Sequence record: OZ196593.1
DNA length: 64,000 nt
Direction: 5' to 3' (one strand)
Made by a program: the position numbers and the translations under genes. A model generated the notes under the pieces. The model was not told where the DNA came from and searched no databases. It saw only the letters and a list, made by a program, of their open reading frames with translations. Positions 51,948 to 61,888 of the stretch are shown in pieces (positions within the stretch are counted from its first letter, which is position 1; the number at the start of each line of letters is the position of its first letter).

Positions 51948-53224
51948 TGGGTTCATTCAATACAACATGCGCTATCACTCGTACACCAATTCAAGAAGGC
52001 GCACTTGCACGTGTATTTTTCTTAGAAATGGACGCATGGGAGCTGAATAACGGATATCGAAATGGTCTTATCGGCAACATCATGACTGGTTGTGGCTGTT
52101 ACCCATGGGATAACTTCAAGATTCTCGGTTTACCTCTTCTCGGTAAGTACGATGACTACAATCGCTACGTATTTCAAGACTCTGCGACTGAACAACTGAC
52201 GTTAGACGCGATTCGCGAACGCTACTTGCCGAATAAAATCGCCGAGGGCAAGACGATGGAAGACTACAACAGTTGTCATGATTACATGGAAATTTCGAAC
52301 ATTTCTGACATGCATGAACTGCAAGACATGGAACATTCAAGTGCATTGCGCATCAAGAGCGTGCATGGTTACCCAACGCACGTCGTTAAAATGGCGATTC
52401 ACGAAGAAGTGTACCAAATGATGCTTGAAGGTACGATGCGTGAGGGTTGGGGCGAAGACGCGAAGACGTACACGTTTGCAGACGAAGTACAAGCGTGCCT
52501 CAAACAACACACTAACGTTGCGACGGGCTGGGATTCGCTGACAGAAGAGCAGAAAGATTACATCAATGCAGTACGTGACGGTATGTATGCGAAAGCAGAT
52601 GCGGGTGAAATCAACGAGCGCACAGAAAAGCCGTATACTCGCGAAGCTACTGACATGCGTGTTGAGCGTCTTATCGAATCATTCGCTGAGGGACTTGATC
52701 TCGGTCTTCGTGAACGCACAGAATGGTTCGCTCGAATCGACTTGCGTCAGATGTTCCGTAATGTCGGTGAAGACGAAGAAGCGACCGATGCTGAACTTCT
52801 AGCACTCGCTGAAGCGTATATCGGTGCTAAGTGGTGCGCTCGTTGGATGCAATGCCACAATTATGAATTCGGTCCCGCGATGACTTGTGGTCAAGACTAC
52901 GACACGTCATCACACTCAAGCCGTCTACGTAAGCTTGCAGACATCATCGAGAGCAAGAAAAGCGAATATCACTACGAAGAGGCAGTCGAAGTTAAAACTA
53001 TTCGTAGCGTGCGTTCTGAGCTGTCAGTCGCTGAGATTAAACGTCGCTTCACTGAATGGTACGATGAGTCTGATACAGAATACAAAGACATGATTGACAT
53101 CGTTGACAAGTCAGTTGGTTCGCTTTACGTAGTCGGTGATGAGAGTGACTTCGATAAGTTCAGCGAAACATACGGTGTTATTCGTGACTTCGAAGCCGGT
53201 GACGAAATTTATATCGTCGAATAA
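51947..53224 (+). CDS. Hypothetical phage protein (MGSFNTTC...PI N-terminus)
   Basis: 425-aa ORF coupled to the previous gene. Confidence 0.75.
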   Translation: MGSFNTTCAITRTPIQEGALARVFFLEMDAWELNNGYRNGLIGNIMTGCGCYPWDNFKILGLPLLGKYDDYNRYVFQDSATEQLTLDAIRERYLPNKIAEGKTMEDYNSCHDYMEISNISDMHELQDMEHSSALRIKSVHGYPTHVVKMAIHEEVYQMMLEGTMREGWGEDAKTYTFADEVQACLKQHTNVATGWDSLTEEQKDYINAVRDGMYAKADAGEINERTEKPYTREATDMRVERLIESFAEGLDLGLRERTEWFARIDLRQMFRNVGEDEEATDAELLALAEAYIGAKWCARWMQCHNYEFGPAMTCGQDYDTSSHSSRLRKLADIIESKKSEYHYEEAVEVKTIRSVRSELSVAEIKRRFTEWYDESDTEYKDMIDIVDKSVGSLYVVGDESDFDKFSETYGVIRDFEAGDEIYIVE

Positions 53225-53235
53225 TCATTTAGTTG

Positions 53236-53277
53236 TTGACAATGCCAGTGAGAAAGCCGATAATTCTCTCACTGGCA
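53236..53277 (+). promoter_or_regulatory. Early promoter with the -10 in the loop of an 11-bp inverted repeat
   Basis: TTGACA-17-GATAAT; TGCCAGTGAGA (53243-53253)/TCTCACTGGCA (53267-53277). Confidence 0.8.
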
Positions 53278-53294
53278 AACACAGAGAGAAAATT

Positions 53295-53564
53295 ATGAAA
53301 AATCAGCTTATATTGACAATTCAGAATGCTTGGTGTCGCCGTCGTGCATATCGTGTGCTCTTTGAAAAGCCGCGCTTCGGTGAGAAACGCAAATCGCAGT
53401 GGGAAGAAGATTGCAAAGAATTTTGGTATGTCTTAGGTCGATTGAACTCCGAGTTCATTGACAATTGCCCTGAAGACTGCAACGTTGTTCTAACGTGTGC
53501 ACCGTTACCACGCAACACCACTCAAATGTATTATGTTCAATATCAGAAAAAGGCGAACAAATAA
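53295..53564 (+). CDS. Hypothetical protein
   Basis: ATG after GAGAGAAAATT leader. Confidence 0.7.
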   Translation: MKNQLILTIQNAWCRRRAYRVLFEKPRFGEKRKSQWEEDCKEFWYVLGRLNSEFIDNCPEDCNVVLTCAPLPRNTTQMYYVQYQKKANK

Positions 53565-54283
53565 TGAAAAAACTATTTACAGCAGCAGCACTAATCGGTT
53601 CACTATTCCTAGTTGGTTGCAACGAAACGACTGAAAACACCGACAACGATCTTTTACTGAATGCATTACCTGCAATGTCGAAAACTGAAAAAGCTATGCT
53701 TGATCATTTGACTCAATCAGCATACTTGAGCTATCACAACGATACGTATGCCGAGATTATTCGAACTCGTATCACATTCGGTCGCGACGTTACAGCACGT
53801 CCCGATGAACTTGTACCGTTCTGTGATGTAATTGGTACTGTGAACGCTGACGAGAAATCTCGCGATGTTGTGGGTCGTCACTTTACTCTGAATTCTCAGT
53901 GGTTCGAGAAATACGGTATCACTCTGACTACACAGTGTAATCAAATTCAATACGACAAAGAACAGATTGAACAAGCGCGTCAACGCATGATCGAACAAGC
54001 AAAAGCTGACGAACTTGAAGTATCAAACTCAGTTGTTTCGAAAGAAGCAGTACGAGTTGAGAAGATTCTAGAAGACACAGTGATCATCAAAGATGAAGCT
54101 GTACTGTCACCTGAATTGGTACGTGAGCTGCGTCAATCAGTTACTGACTGTAATCGCGCTAAAATCAAACTAATCGGTATCGTTGATTCTGGTGAGACTT
54201 TGACAACTACACACTACGATGACGTGCAAAGTCTTGTGCTTCAGTGTGAAATGCATCAACTTGAAGTTGAATTGAATAAATAA
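53564..54283 (+). CDS. Lipoprotein, paralogue of 34979-35671
   Basis: Lipobox FLVGC; shared Cys-containing motifs and identical LEVELNK end. Confidence 0.85.
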   Translation: MKKLFTAAALIGSLFLVGCNETTENTDNDLLLNALPAMSKTEKAMLDHLTQSAYLSYHNDTYAEIIRTRITFGRDVTARPDELVPFCDVIGTVNADEKSRDVVGRHFTLNSQWFEKYGITLTTQCNQIQYDKEQIEQARQRMIEQAKADELEVSNSVVSKEAVRVEKILEDTVIIKDEAVLSPELVRELRQSVTDCNRAKIKLIGIVDSGETLTTTHYDDVQSLVLQCEMHQLEVELNK

Positions 54284-54284
54284 T

Positions 54285-54307
54285 AAAAGCCCTCCGGGGC
54301 TTTTTTT
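54285..54307 (+). terminator. Intrinsic terminator
   Basis: AAAAGCCC-TCCG-GGGCTTTTTTT. Confidence 0.9.
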
Positions 54308-54331
54308 AGGTCTGAGGTAAATCGCAGACAC

Positions 54332-54358
54332 AAAAAAGGGAGCAATTAGCTCCCTTTT
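54332..54358 (-). terminator. Intrinsic terminator of the minus-strand module
   Basis: AAAAAAGGGAGC-AATTA-GCTCCCTTTT. Confidence 0.85.
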
Positions 54359-54359
54359 G

Positions 54360-55415
54360 TTATTTTACCATTTTGATTTCTATCTTGTTGGTCATGTATG
54401 CCATTTTCTTTTCGAACTCGACATCATATTCTGGTCGATGTTCATACTCAACTGACAACATTTCTTTCAAGCAACGAAACAGCTCGTTCTTGTAGTACCC
54501 TTCTTTCATGCCTTGCATTTGCTTGTATTGCTTCTGCATAGCTTCTTTGATGATATCGGGGTGCATGAACTTGATTGACATTTCACGCGGTGCTTTCACA
54601 GTACCGAAGTCAACGTACACTTGAGCCTTTTCTGCGACTTGAATGAAGTCGTAGATTGTGTCGTAGCTCATACGCGATAGCGTGTGGTGCATACACAAGT
54701 GTTTGCTGTGTGCTTTAAGAATCGGCACGTTAGCAAGCATCAAGTCGTGATCGATATTCTGGCGAATGTATTCGTTACGCTCTTTACCGCCATCACATGA
54801 GATTGTGAACACGATGCGACTGCGGTACAGTTTACATAGTGCTAGAATCTTCTTAGCTAATGGTGTGTGCAGAACAGTTCCGTTTGTCAGAATGAACACT
54901 TCAGCTTTAGTGTCTTCAAGCACTTCTTTCAGCACTTCAAGAGTACGCTTGTCCATGAACGGTTCACCACCATACAGAACAACAGTTTCAACGCCTTTCG
55001 GGATGCTGAAGTCAAGCTGCTTGTAATCGTATTCATCTTCGATATCGTACAAGTCCATGTACGTCTTGCTGTTCTTGCCGTAGCACATACGACATGCAAG
55101 GTTACATTTGTTTGACATCAAGATTTGAATCGTACGCGGGTGCTCTTCTAACGCCTCATATTCGAAGTATTTCTGATCAGAAAGTTCACCGTAGCTCATA
55201 CACTCTTTGCAGTATTCTGGTAGAGTGTCGTAGTCGAACATGCGTTCGCGCACTTCATTGATGATATCAGAGTGCCACCAGTCTTCAACGTTCTTGAATG
55301 GCTCACTTAGCTGAGAACAGCAAATGTGATAACCGTCTGGCTTTGCGTCGCGTGTGTTGAATGGAGAGCCGCACAGCGGCTTTCTCCCGTCTTTAAATCC
55401 GAACTTATCTAACAT
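54360..55415 (-). CDS. Radical SAM protein 5 (same architecture)
   Basis: CGSPF..HICC..CKEC; CNLACRMC; YGGEPF; TNGT; ISCDG. Confidence 0.92.
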   Translation of the reverse strand: MLDKFGFKDGRKPLCGSPFNTRDAKPDGYHICCSQLSEPFKNVEDWWHSDIINEVRERMFDYDTLPEYCKECMSYGELSDQKYFEYEALEEHPRTIQILMSNKCNLACRMCYGKNSKTYMDLYDIEDEYDYKQLDFSIPKGVETVVLYGGEPFMDKRTLEVLKEVLEDTKAEVFILTNGTVLHTPLAKKILALCKLYRSRIVFTISCDGGKERNEYIRQNIDHDLMLANVPILKAHSKHLCMHHTLSRMSYDTIYDFIQVAEKAQVYVDFGTVKAPREMSIKFMHPDIIKEAMQKQYKQMQGMKEGYYKNELFRCLKEMLSVEYEHRPEYDVEFEKKMAYMTNKIEIKMVK

Positions 55416-55684
55416 TAGTTTAACTCATCTAGCAGTGATTGAAATTCTTCGTCGCGTTCAGCGTCTAATACGCCATTCATAAGTGCTTCGAGCGCGTCTA
55501 GAGATTGAATCTCTGGTGCTTTTGGTCGAAGATCTTCGAGAATATGAATCAACGATTCTTGTGGTAGGTCGTTATACACGATTTCGTCTGGTAATTCGTG
55601 TTTGTAAACACAGCCATCACCCCAATCGATTACGACTGCGTGTTCCCATTTGTCAATTTCTAGTATTTTAAAGTTCGGTTTCAT
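55415..55684 (-). CDS. Small acidic hypothetical protein
   Basis: 89 aa, overlapping both neighbours. Confidence 0.7.
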   Translation of the reverse strand: MKPNFKILEIDKWEHAVVIDWGDGCVYKHELPDEIVYNDLPQESLIHILEDLRPKAPEIQSLDALEALMNGVLDAERDEEFQSLLDELN

Positions 55685-56690
55685 GTTTTAATCCCCAGAG
55701 TGCTTCCCACTGCTCTCTTGACTGAGCGCGGTACATTTCAATATTCAATTTTTCATGTGGTTTTTTGATAACGTCTTTAACGATATTCGTCAAGTTACCT
55801 TTGTTTATATCGGCTTTTTCAACCGGAAAGATGAAGTCGCGTGTATACGGTGCATCATGTTGAACAATACACGGGATGTATTGACTCGCTTCTAATATCG
55901 CATACGGCATGATCTCGATGTGAGACATGTGCAGCAAGCATTTACTCTTCATCATCGCAGCGATTACTTTCTCGCGTGGCTGACATACGTGAACTTTGCA
56001 GTCTAATCCGGGTGGCGGAGTAGTCGTTCCCGTGCTGTATACATGCACTTTAAGCCCGCTCTTAGCTAACGAGCGAAGCATTTCGGGTATTTGCTTACGT
56101 TTGTATGCGCCAGACACAATAACCACGTCAGTCTCTTCAGCAGCGTCTAGCTCTTCTTGTGATATCTTCGGTAGTTCGAATGGTTCGAATGCTGTGACGT
56201 GTTTGCCACCCATTAGATATTCGCCCCAATACTTAATGCCGTCAGACTGAGCAATGTTCGTAACTAGACGTTCGATGCTCATCATTTGTTTCCACTGCTT
56301 GAGATTGTACATCATGTGAATGTCCATGTACTTCTTGTAGCTCTCAGGCACGATTAAGTCACCGAAGTGATGTTGATTATAGCATTTACGATTCGCTTCA
56401 ATACAAGCGCGTAGAGCTTCAAATGAGTGCGTATAGATGATAGTGTCTTCATCTAGTGAGCGCATCGCCATCGCGTTTGCTTTGTAGTCATCAAAAGCGC
56501 GATTGGTAAGAACATGTTCGCAACCGAAGTCCCAGTATTTTGCATGAGGACAATATTTGTCACCAAGTACAATCACTTTGACATCGCAATTATACGTCTT
56601 CATTAATCGGACGTGATCTTGAATGAATGTATAGATACCACCACCGATACCTAGCATAAAATCAGTGACCACATAACGAACTTTTTTCAT
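55668..56690 (-). CDS. GT-B fold glycosyltransferase (GT4-like), paralogue of 42452-43537
   Basis: GGGIYTF; HFGDL; YKRK; E-X7-E (IEIMPYAILEA). Confidence 0.75.
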   Translation of the reverse strand: MKKVRYVVTDFMLGIGGGIYTFIQDHVRLMKTYNCDVKVIVLGDKYCPHAKYWDFGCEHVLTNRAFDDYKANAMAMRSLDEDTIIYTHSFEALRACIEANRKCYNQHHFGDLIVPESYKKYMDIHMMYNLKQWKQMMSIERLVTNIAQSDGIKYWGEYLMGGKHVTAFEPFELPKISQEELDAAEETDVVIVSGAYKRKQIPEMLRSLAKSGLKVHVYSTGTTTPPPGLDCKVHVCQPREKVIAAMMKSKCLLHMSHIEIMPYAILEASQYIPCIVQHDAPYTRDFIFPVEKADINKGNLTNIVKDVIKKPHEKLNIEMYRAQSREQWEALWGLKHETEL

Positions 56691-56697
56691 AAATTTG

Positions 56698-56726
56698 TTG
56701 ACTCTCTGTTTGTTATTGTGTAAGCT
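56698..56726 (+). promoter_or_regulatory. sigma70-type promoter divergent from the GT-B module
   Basis: TTGACT-17-TAAGCT with TG extension. Confidence 0.65.
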
Positions 56727-56759
56727 CTATTTTAACGCAAGCAACATGGGAATTAAACA

Positions 56760-57441
56760 ATGCGAATTCTTTCGCAAGACCTTATTCGCTTACGTGTTGA
56801 AGAGTTACCGTTTGTTAGATTAGACGTTGACAAGCAGCGCAGAATATGCGAGTATTTAAACACGCTAGATGACGAAACAATCTACGCACTTGAAGAACAC
56901 ACCGAAGATGCCGACGGCACTCGTAAAATTTTGAAATTCTTATTGAAGAAAATTGGAGAAAAATGATATGGCTTACGAATCAGTATTTAACGGAACAAAT
57001 CGTTACAAAGTTCTACGCGAGGGTCGCGATTACATCAACAAAGTCGCACACAGACACGGCGCAGTTGATAAAGGTATTTACGTGACTATTGACTATCATG
57101 TAATTGACAGAATCATGGATCACGAATTCCCTGCTCGTGTATTCGAAGTCATCGTCGGTCGATTGATCAAAAATCACCAAGATGAGATCATGAAGCTTGC
57201 AAATATGCCAGACGACGAACGTCCGAAGCACATCAACGTGTACGGTAACAAGCCAGGCTCACCTTACATGGTTGGCGTGACAATCAACAAAGCAGCAACT
57301 GGTAAAGTTTACGTGAATCTGCGTACTTGTTACAAAGAACGCAACAGTAAATATCGTCAACGCATCATCGAAGCATACAAAATTCGTGTGAAGACATCTT
57401 CAGAGATTGAAGCTGAAAATGCAGTGATTGACGACTTCTAA
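56760..57441 (+). other. Hypothetical CDS 56760-56966 and 56953-57441
   Basis: Coupled ORFs. Confidence 0.7.
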
Positions 57442-57462
57442 ATAGAAAACAATTTAAAAAGC

Positions 57463-57490
57463 ACTACCGTCCTCAATGGGCGGTAGTTTT
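57463..57490 (+). terminator. Intrinsic terminator
   Basis: ACTACCGTCC-TCAAT-GGGCGGTAGT-TTT. Confidence 0.75.
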
Positions 57491-57587
57491 CGTTTGAGTA
57501 AAATATAATGACAAAAATGTTTATTCACAGTCGTATTGATACGATAATGTGAAACATCAGAGAACAATAACAAACAGGGGAATATTG

Positions 57588-59834
57588 ATGCTTGTAGTAA
57601 AGTCTTCCGGTATAACGGAAGAGTATGAAGAAAGAAAGTTGATGCGCGTTCTATCAGATGCATGTGAGAACACGTCCATCGACCCACGACATCTTCTAGA
57701 CCGTGTAAAAGCACAGCTTGTAGACGGTATGACGAGCAAAGACATTCAAAAGGCAGCAGTTAAAATCGCAGCCGATAGCATTACAGTAGAAGAGCCCGAC
57801 TATCAATACGTCGCTGCTCGTCTCGCTATGTATGGTCTTCGCAAAGATGTATATGGTCAGTTCGACCCAATCCCATTCAAACAACTAATCGAAAAGAACA
57901 CAGCAATCGACGTTTACGATCCTGAGATTCTAGAAAAATGGTCAGACGAAGAGCTGCGCATTCTAGAAACGAACGTGATTCATGAGCGCGACTTTGAATT
58001 CGCATACGCAGGCGTGATGCAGCTCAAAGAGAAATACTTGTGTAAAAACCGCGCAACTCAAGAAATTTATGAGTCGCCACAGTATGCTTACATGCTGATC
58101 GCGATGTGCTTGCACCAAGACGAGCCAACGAATCGTATTCAACACGTTATTGACTTCTATAACGCGGTAGCAACTCAGAAACTTTCATTACCAACTCCGA
58201 TTATGGCGGGTGTTCGTACACCAACACGTCAATTCAGCTCGTGTGTGAAAATCGAATCTGGTGATTCACTAGACTCAGTAAATGGCGTAGCTTCAGCAAT
58301 CGTGAAGTATATCAGTAAACGTGCAGGTATCGGCGTGAACGGTGGACGTATTCGTGCTGAGGGTTCAGTCGTTCGTGCAGGTGAAATTCGTCACACTGGC
58401 GTTATCCCATTCTGGAAGCACTTTCAAACAGCAGTGAAATGTTGTTCGCAAGGTGGCGTACGTGGTGGTGCAGCAACTCTAACTTACCCATTGTGGCATT
58501 TAGAAGTTGAGAAACTACTTGTACTGAAGAACAACAAAGGCGTAGAAGAAAACCGTATTCGTCACCTAGATTACAGCGTATCGATTTCTCGATTGATGCT
58601 TAAACGTCTTGTGGCAAACGACTACATCACGCTATTCAGTCCAGATGAAGTTGGCGGTCAATTATACGAAACGTATCACACAGACCCTGACGAATTTGAA
58701 CGTCTGTACACGCAACTAGAAGCTGATTCAAGCATTCGTAAGAAGCGTATCAAAGCAAGTGAATTGTTCAGCATGTTCTCTCAAGAACGCGCATCAACTG
58801 GTCGTATCTACCCGATCTTTGTTGATAACTTGAACCAACAGTCTCCGTACAAAGAAGCGATCAAGCAATCGAACTTGTGTATGGAAATCGCATTGCCGAC
58901 ATACCCGCTTGAAGCTGACAAAGATGGTAACACTGACGGTACGGGCGAAATCGCTCTGTGTACTCTTGCTGCATACAACTTAGGTGCAATCGAATCACCA
59001 GATGAGTTTAAGCAACTAGCAAGAATCGTTATTCGTGCGCTTGATAATCTACTCGATTACCAAGACTACCCTGTAGCTGAAGCGTTGAAAGCTAAGAAAC
59101 GTCGCGCTCTAGGTGTTGGTATTACGAACTTTGCTTACTTCTTAGCGAAGAACTTTGTTGGTTACGATGATTCCGCGAAGTATCTTGTGCATGAGTGGAT
59201 GGAAGCAATGTCTTTCTACAACATTCAAGCATCGATGGAACTTGCGATGGAGCGCGGTGCTAACGATTGGCACAGTCGCACTAAGTGGGCTGACGGTCTA
59301 ATGCCCGTTGATCGCTACAACAAAAACGTAGATAAACTAGTCAAACCAGTTTACAAACGTGATTGGGACTGGCTACGCGGTGAAGTTTTACGTCACGGTA
59401 TGCGTAACGATACGACTTCAGCATTCATGCCGTGTGAAAGTAGCTCACAAGTTTCAAACAGTACAAACGGCATTGAGCCGCCACGTGCTCTTGTATCAAC
59501 TAAACAGTCGAAAGACGGTCTGTTCAACCAAGTTGTTCCAGAAGTTGATTTATTAAAAGACGAATACGGTCTAGCATGGAAAGTGTGTGCGAAAGACAAC
59601 TACGGTTATCTTGCACTTGTAGCTATCATGCAGAAGTTTGTTGATCAGTCGATTTCAGCAAACACAAGTTACGACCCAGAACAATGGGACGATAACAAGA
59701 TTCGTATTGAACGACTGTTCGAAGAGCTGGCATATTGTAGTCACTACGGCATCAAGACTCTTTATTACTCAAACACCCGCGATGGTGCAGATGGTAACGA
59801 AGATGATGCAGATTGTGATGGTTGTAAAGTTTAA
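57588..59834 (+). CDS. nrdA: Class Ia ribonucleotide reductase alpha subunit
   Basis: ATP cone (VVKSSG), PTPIMAG, QFSSC, SNLCMEI, CTLA, PCESSS, YY, C-terminal DCDGCKV. Confidence 0.98.
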   Translation: MLVVKSSGITEEYEERKLMRVLSDACENTSIDPRHLLDRVKAQLVDGMTSKDIQKAAVKIAADSITVEEPDYQYVAARLAMYGLRKDVYGQFDPIPFKQLIEKNTAIDVYDPEILEKWSDEELRILETNVIHERDFEFAYAGVMQLKEKYLCKNRATQEIYESPQYAYMLIAMCLHQDEPTNRIQHVIDFYNAVATQKLSLPTPIMAGVRTPTRQFSSCVKIESGDSLDSVNGVASAIVKYISKRAGIGVNGGRIRAEGSVVRAGEIRHTGVIPFWKHFQTAVKCCSQGGVRGGAATLTYPLWHLEVEKLLVLKNNKGVEENRIRHLDYSVSISRLMLKRLVANDYITLFSPDEVGGQLYETYHTDPDEFERLYTQLEADSSIRKKRIKASELFSMFSQERASTGRIYPIFVDNLNQQSPYKEAIKQSNLCMEIALPTYPLEADKDGNTDGTGEIALCTLAAYNLGAIESPDEFKQLARIVIRALDNLLDYQDYPVAEALKAKKRRALGVGITNFAYFLAKNFVGYDDSAKYLVHEWMEAMSFYNIQASMELAMERGANDWHSRTKWADGLMPVDRYNKNVDKLVKPVYKRDWDWLRGEVLRHGMRNDTTSAFMPCESSSQVSNSTNGIEPPRALVSTKQSKDGLFNQVVPEVDLLKDEYGLAWKVCAKDNYGYLALVAIMQKFVDQSISANTSYDPEQWDDNKIRIERLFEELAYCSHYGIKTLYYSNTRDGADGNEDDADCDGCKV

Positions 59835-59843
59835 AGGTAGATA

Positions 59844-60965
59844 ATGAAAACGATTTTTAATACAGAAGTAGTTGCTCACTTAGAGCAACCGCTTTTCTTG
59901 GGCGAAGACCCAAACATTTCACGCTTCGAAACTACGAAGCACTCGGTATTCGAACAACTGACTGAAAAGCAGCTATCGTTTTTCTGGCGACCAGAAGAAG
60001 TTGACTTGACGCTTGATGCTCAAGAATTCGAACGTATGCCTGAGCACTGGAAGCACGTGTTCACGCAGAACTTGAAATACCAATCTCTGCTTGATTCGGT
60101 ACAAGGTCGTGCACCGACACTTGCGCTTCTACCGATTGTTAGTGACGTTTCTCTAGAGAACTGGATCACTACATGGGGTTTCAGTGAAACTATTCACTCA
60201 CGCTCATACACGCACATCATGCGTAACTTGTACGCGAACCCAAGTGAAATCTTCGACGAGATCATTCTTGACGACGCGATCATGAAGCGTGCGAAAGCAG
60301 TTACTGAATACTACGACCGATTGATGCGCGAAACGCATAAACTTGAACAGCTTAAATCGATGCAACTCGACGAAGCAATCGTTCTTATGCAAGAAACTGC
60401 CGTGAAAGAAGCACTTTACTTGTGTATGCACGCAGTAAACGCGCTTGAAGCTATTCGTTTCTACGTTTCGTTTGCATGTACTTTCAACTTTGCCGAGCAA
60501 GGTATCATGGAAGGCAACGCGAAAGTAATGAAGCTGATCGCACGTGATGAGCAATTGCACTTGAAAGGTACTCAAGCTCTTATCTCATTGTGGCAGAACT
60601 ACAAAGATGATCCAGAAATGGCTCGAATTTCTGAAGCTCTTCAACCAGAAGCTGAAGCAATTTTCATCGAAGTAGCTGAACAAGAGAAAGAATGGGCGAA
60701 TAGTCTGTTCTCTAAAGGCACTGTACCCGGTCTTAATGCTGAGATTCTATGTACGTACGTTGAATATCTAACGAATAGTCGCATGAATTCAGCGGGATTG
60801 AACTCACCGTACCCGAAACACAAGCACCCATTACCGTGGATTAAGAAGTGGCTAAATAGTGATTCAGTACAAGTGGCAGCACAAGAAGCTGAATTGAGTT
60901 CGTACTTGGTTGGTCAGCTTGATTCAACAGTGCGCCCAGAATTCTTAGAAACGTTAGAGGTGTAA
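59844..60965 (+). CDS. nrdB: Ribonucleotide reductase beta subunit
   Basis: FFWRPEE, LDSVQGR, ETIHSRSY, EAIRFYVSF, RDEQLH. Confidence 0.98.
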   Translation: MKTIFNTEVVAHLEQPLFLGEDPNISRFETTKHSVFEQLTEKQLSFFWRPEEVDLTLDAQEFERMPEHWKHVFTQNLKYQSLLDSVQGRAPTLALLPIVSDVSLENWITTWGFSETIHSRSYTHIMRNLYANPSEIFDEIILDDAIMKRAKAVTEYYDRLMRETHKLEQLKSMQLDEAIVLMQETAVKEALYLCMHAVNALEAIRFYVSFACTFNFAEQGIMEGNAKVMKLIARDEQLHLKGTQALISLWQNYKDDPEMARISEALQPEAEAIFIEVAEQEKEWANSLFSKGTVPGLNAEILCTYVEYLTNSRMNSAGLNSPYPKHKHPLPWIKKWLNSDSVQVAAQEAELSSYLVGQLDSTVRPEFLETLEV

Positions 60966-60966
60966 T

Positions 60967-61263
60967 TTGTTGTTAGAAATATTTGGTTGGGATCCCGAAG
61001 ACTTTCGTTGTGGCCCATGCTTGAAAGCAAAGCGTTTAGCAGAAACACGCGGTATGGTTTACGATTTCATCCCGCTTGCTAAAGAAAAAATCGAAGAGAA
61101 TCACGCGCTAAATCGCGAAGAACTCGAAAAACGAATGGCAGAACACGCCATCGAGTTGAAAACTCTTCCGCAAATCTTCTTTGATGGTAAATTGATTGGT
61201 GGTTTTGATGATTTCAAAGCGAAAATTCAATCACTTGAAGAAGAACGATGGAATCGTATGTAA
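60967..61263 (+). CDS. nrdC: Glutaredoxin (T4 NrdC-like)
   Basis: CGPC active site, TLPQIF, IGGFDD. Confidence 0.9.
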   Translation: MLLEIFGWDPEDFRCGPCLKAKRLAETRGMVYDFIPLAKEKIEENHALNREELEKRMAEHAIELKTLPQIFFDGKLIGGFDDFKAKIQSLEEERWNRM

Positions 61264-61271
61264 AATAATCA

Positions 61272-61310
61272 AAAAAAGGGTTGACTTCGGTCAACCCTTT
61301 TTTGTATCAT
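61272..61310 (+). promoter_or_regulatory. UUCG terminator hairpin fused with promoter
   Basis: AAAAAAGGGTTGAC-TTCG-GTCAACCCTTTTTT, core identical to 27775-27800; TTGACT-18-TATCAT. Confidence 0.85.
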
Positions 61311-61333
61311 TCAGGCTGAACACGGAGAATATT

Positions 61334-61888
61334 ATGAAACGCTTTTTAACTTTGATGCTTTTACTCGCGTCAACAACTGCAACTGCTTCACAGTGCGCGT
61401 ACAGATCTGAATTCAACGACTACCAATGGGAAAACATTCGAACTGTTTACATTGCGGGTTGGTACACGGGATTCAAATGGTCACTCGCTGCTATAACCAT
61501 CGTTGAGACGAGCGCAGGGCTTGATAAAGAGAACGAACGCACGAAAGACTATGGATTGATGCAGAATAACATCAAGACCGCTAAGAAGCGTCTGAAAGCA
61601 TGGCAAGACGCAGGTCGCGATTTCGGTGAGTATGACATCACGAAAGACGCTGACGTGCGCAGATTGCTACTAGAACGCTCTGATATCTCTATCGCGCTTG
61701 CAGTTGAAGAGCTACGCTTTTGGAAGCGTGTTCGAAACGGTAATTGGCACGAAATCTATGCAAGCTATAATGGCGGCTATTACAAAGGTCAGTCGTGGGA
61801 GAATTGGTCTCTGCACTACACTGATAAAGTCATAACTGCTCTATCTAAAATACAACAATGTGAATCACTACTAAATCGAGGTCTATAA
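61334..61888 (+). CDS. vs.1: Vs.1-like secreted SLT/lysozyme-fold protein
   Basis: Signal peptide; AAITIVETSAG, DYGLMQN, EL.FW, SYNGG match the T4 Vs.1 pattern. Confidence 0.75.
   Translation: MKRFLTLMLLLASTTATASQCAYRSEFNDYQWENIRTVYIAGWYTGFKWSLAAITIVETSAGLDKENERTKDYGLMQNNIKTAKKRLKAWQDAGRDFGEYDITKDADVRRLLLERSDISIALAVEELRFWKRVRNGNWHEIYASYNGGYYKGQSWENWSLHYTDKVITALSKIQQCESLLNRGL

Noticed and set aside
57491-57587. NrdR boxes or a MotA-type middle promoter upstream of nrdA
   Set aside because: No convincing match to either consensus by eye
57588-60965. Introns, inteins or homing endonucleases in nrdA/nrdB
   Set aside because: Both ORFs are continuous and of normal length, with only a 9-bp spacer
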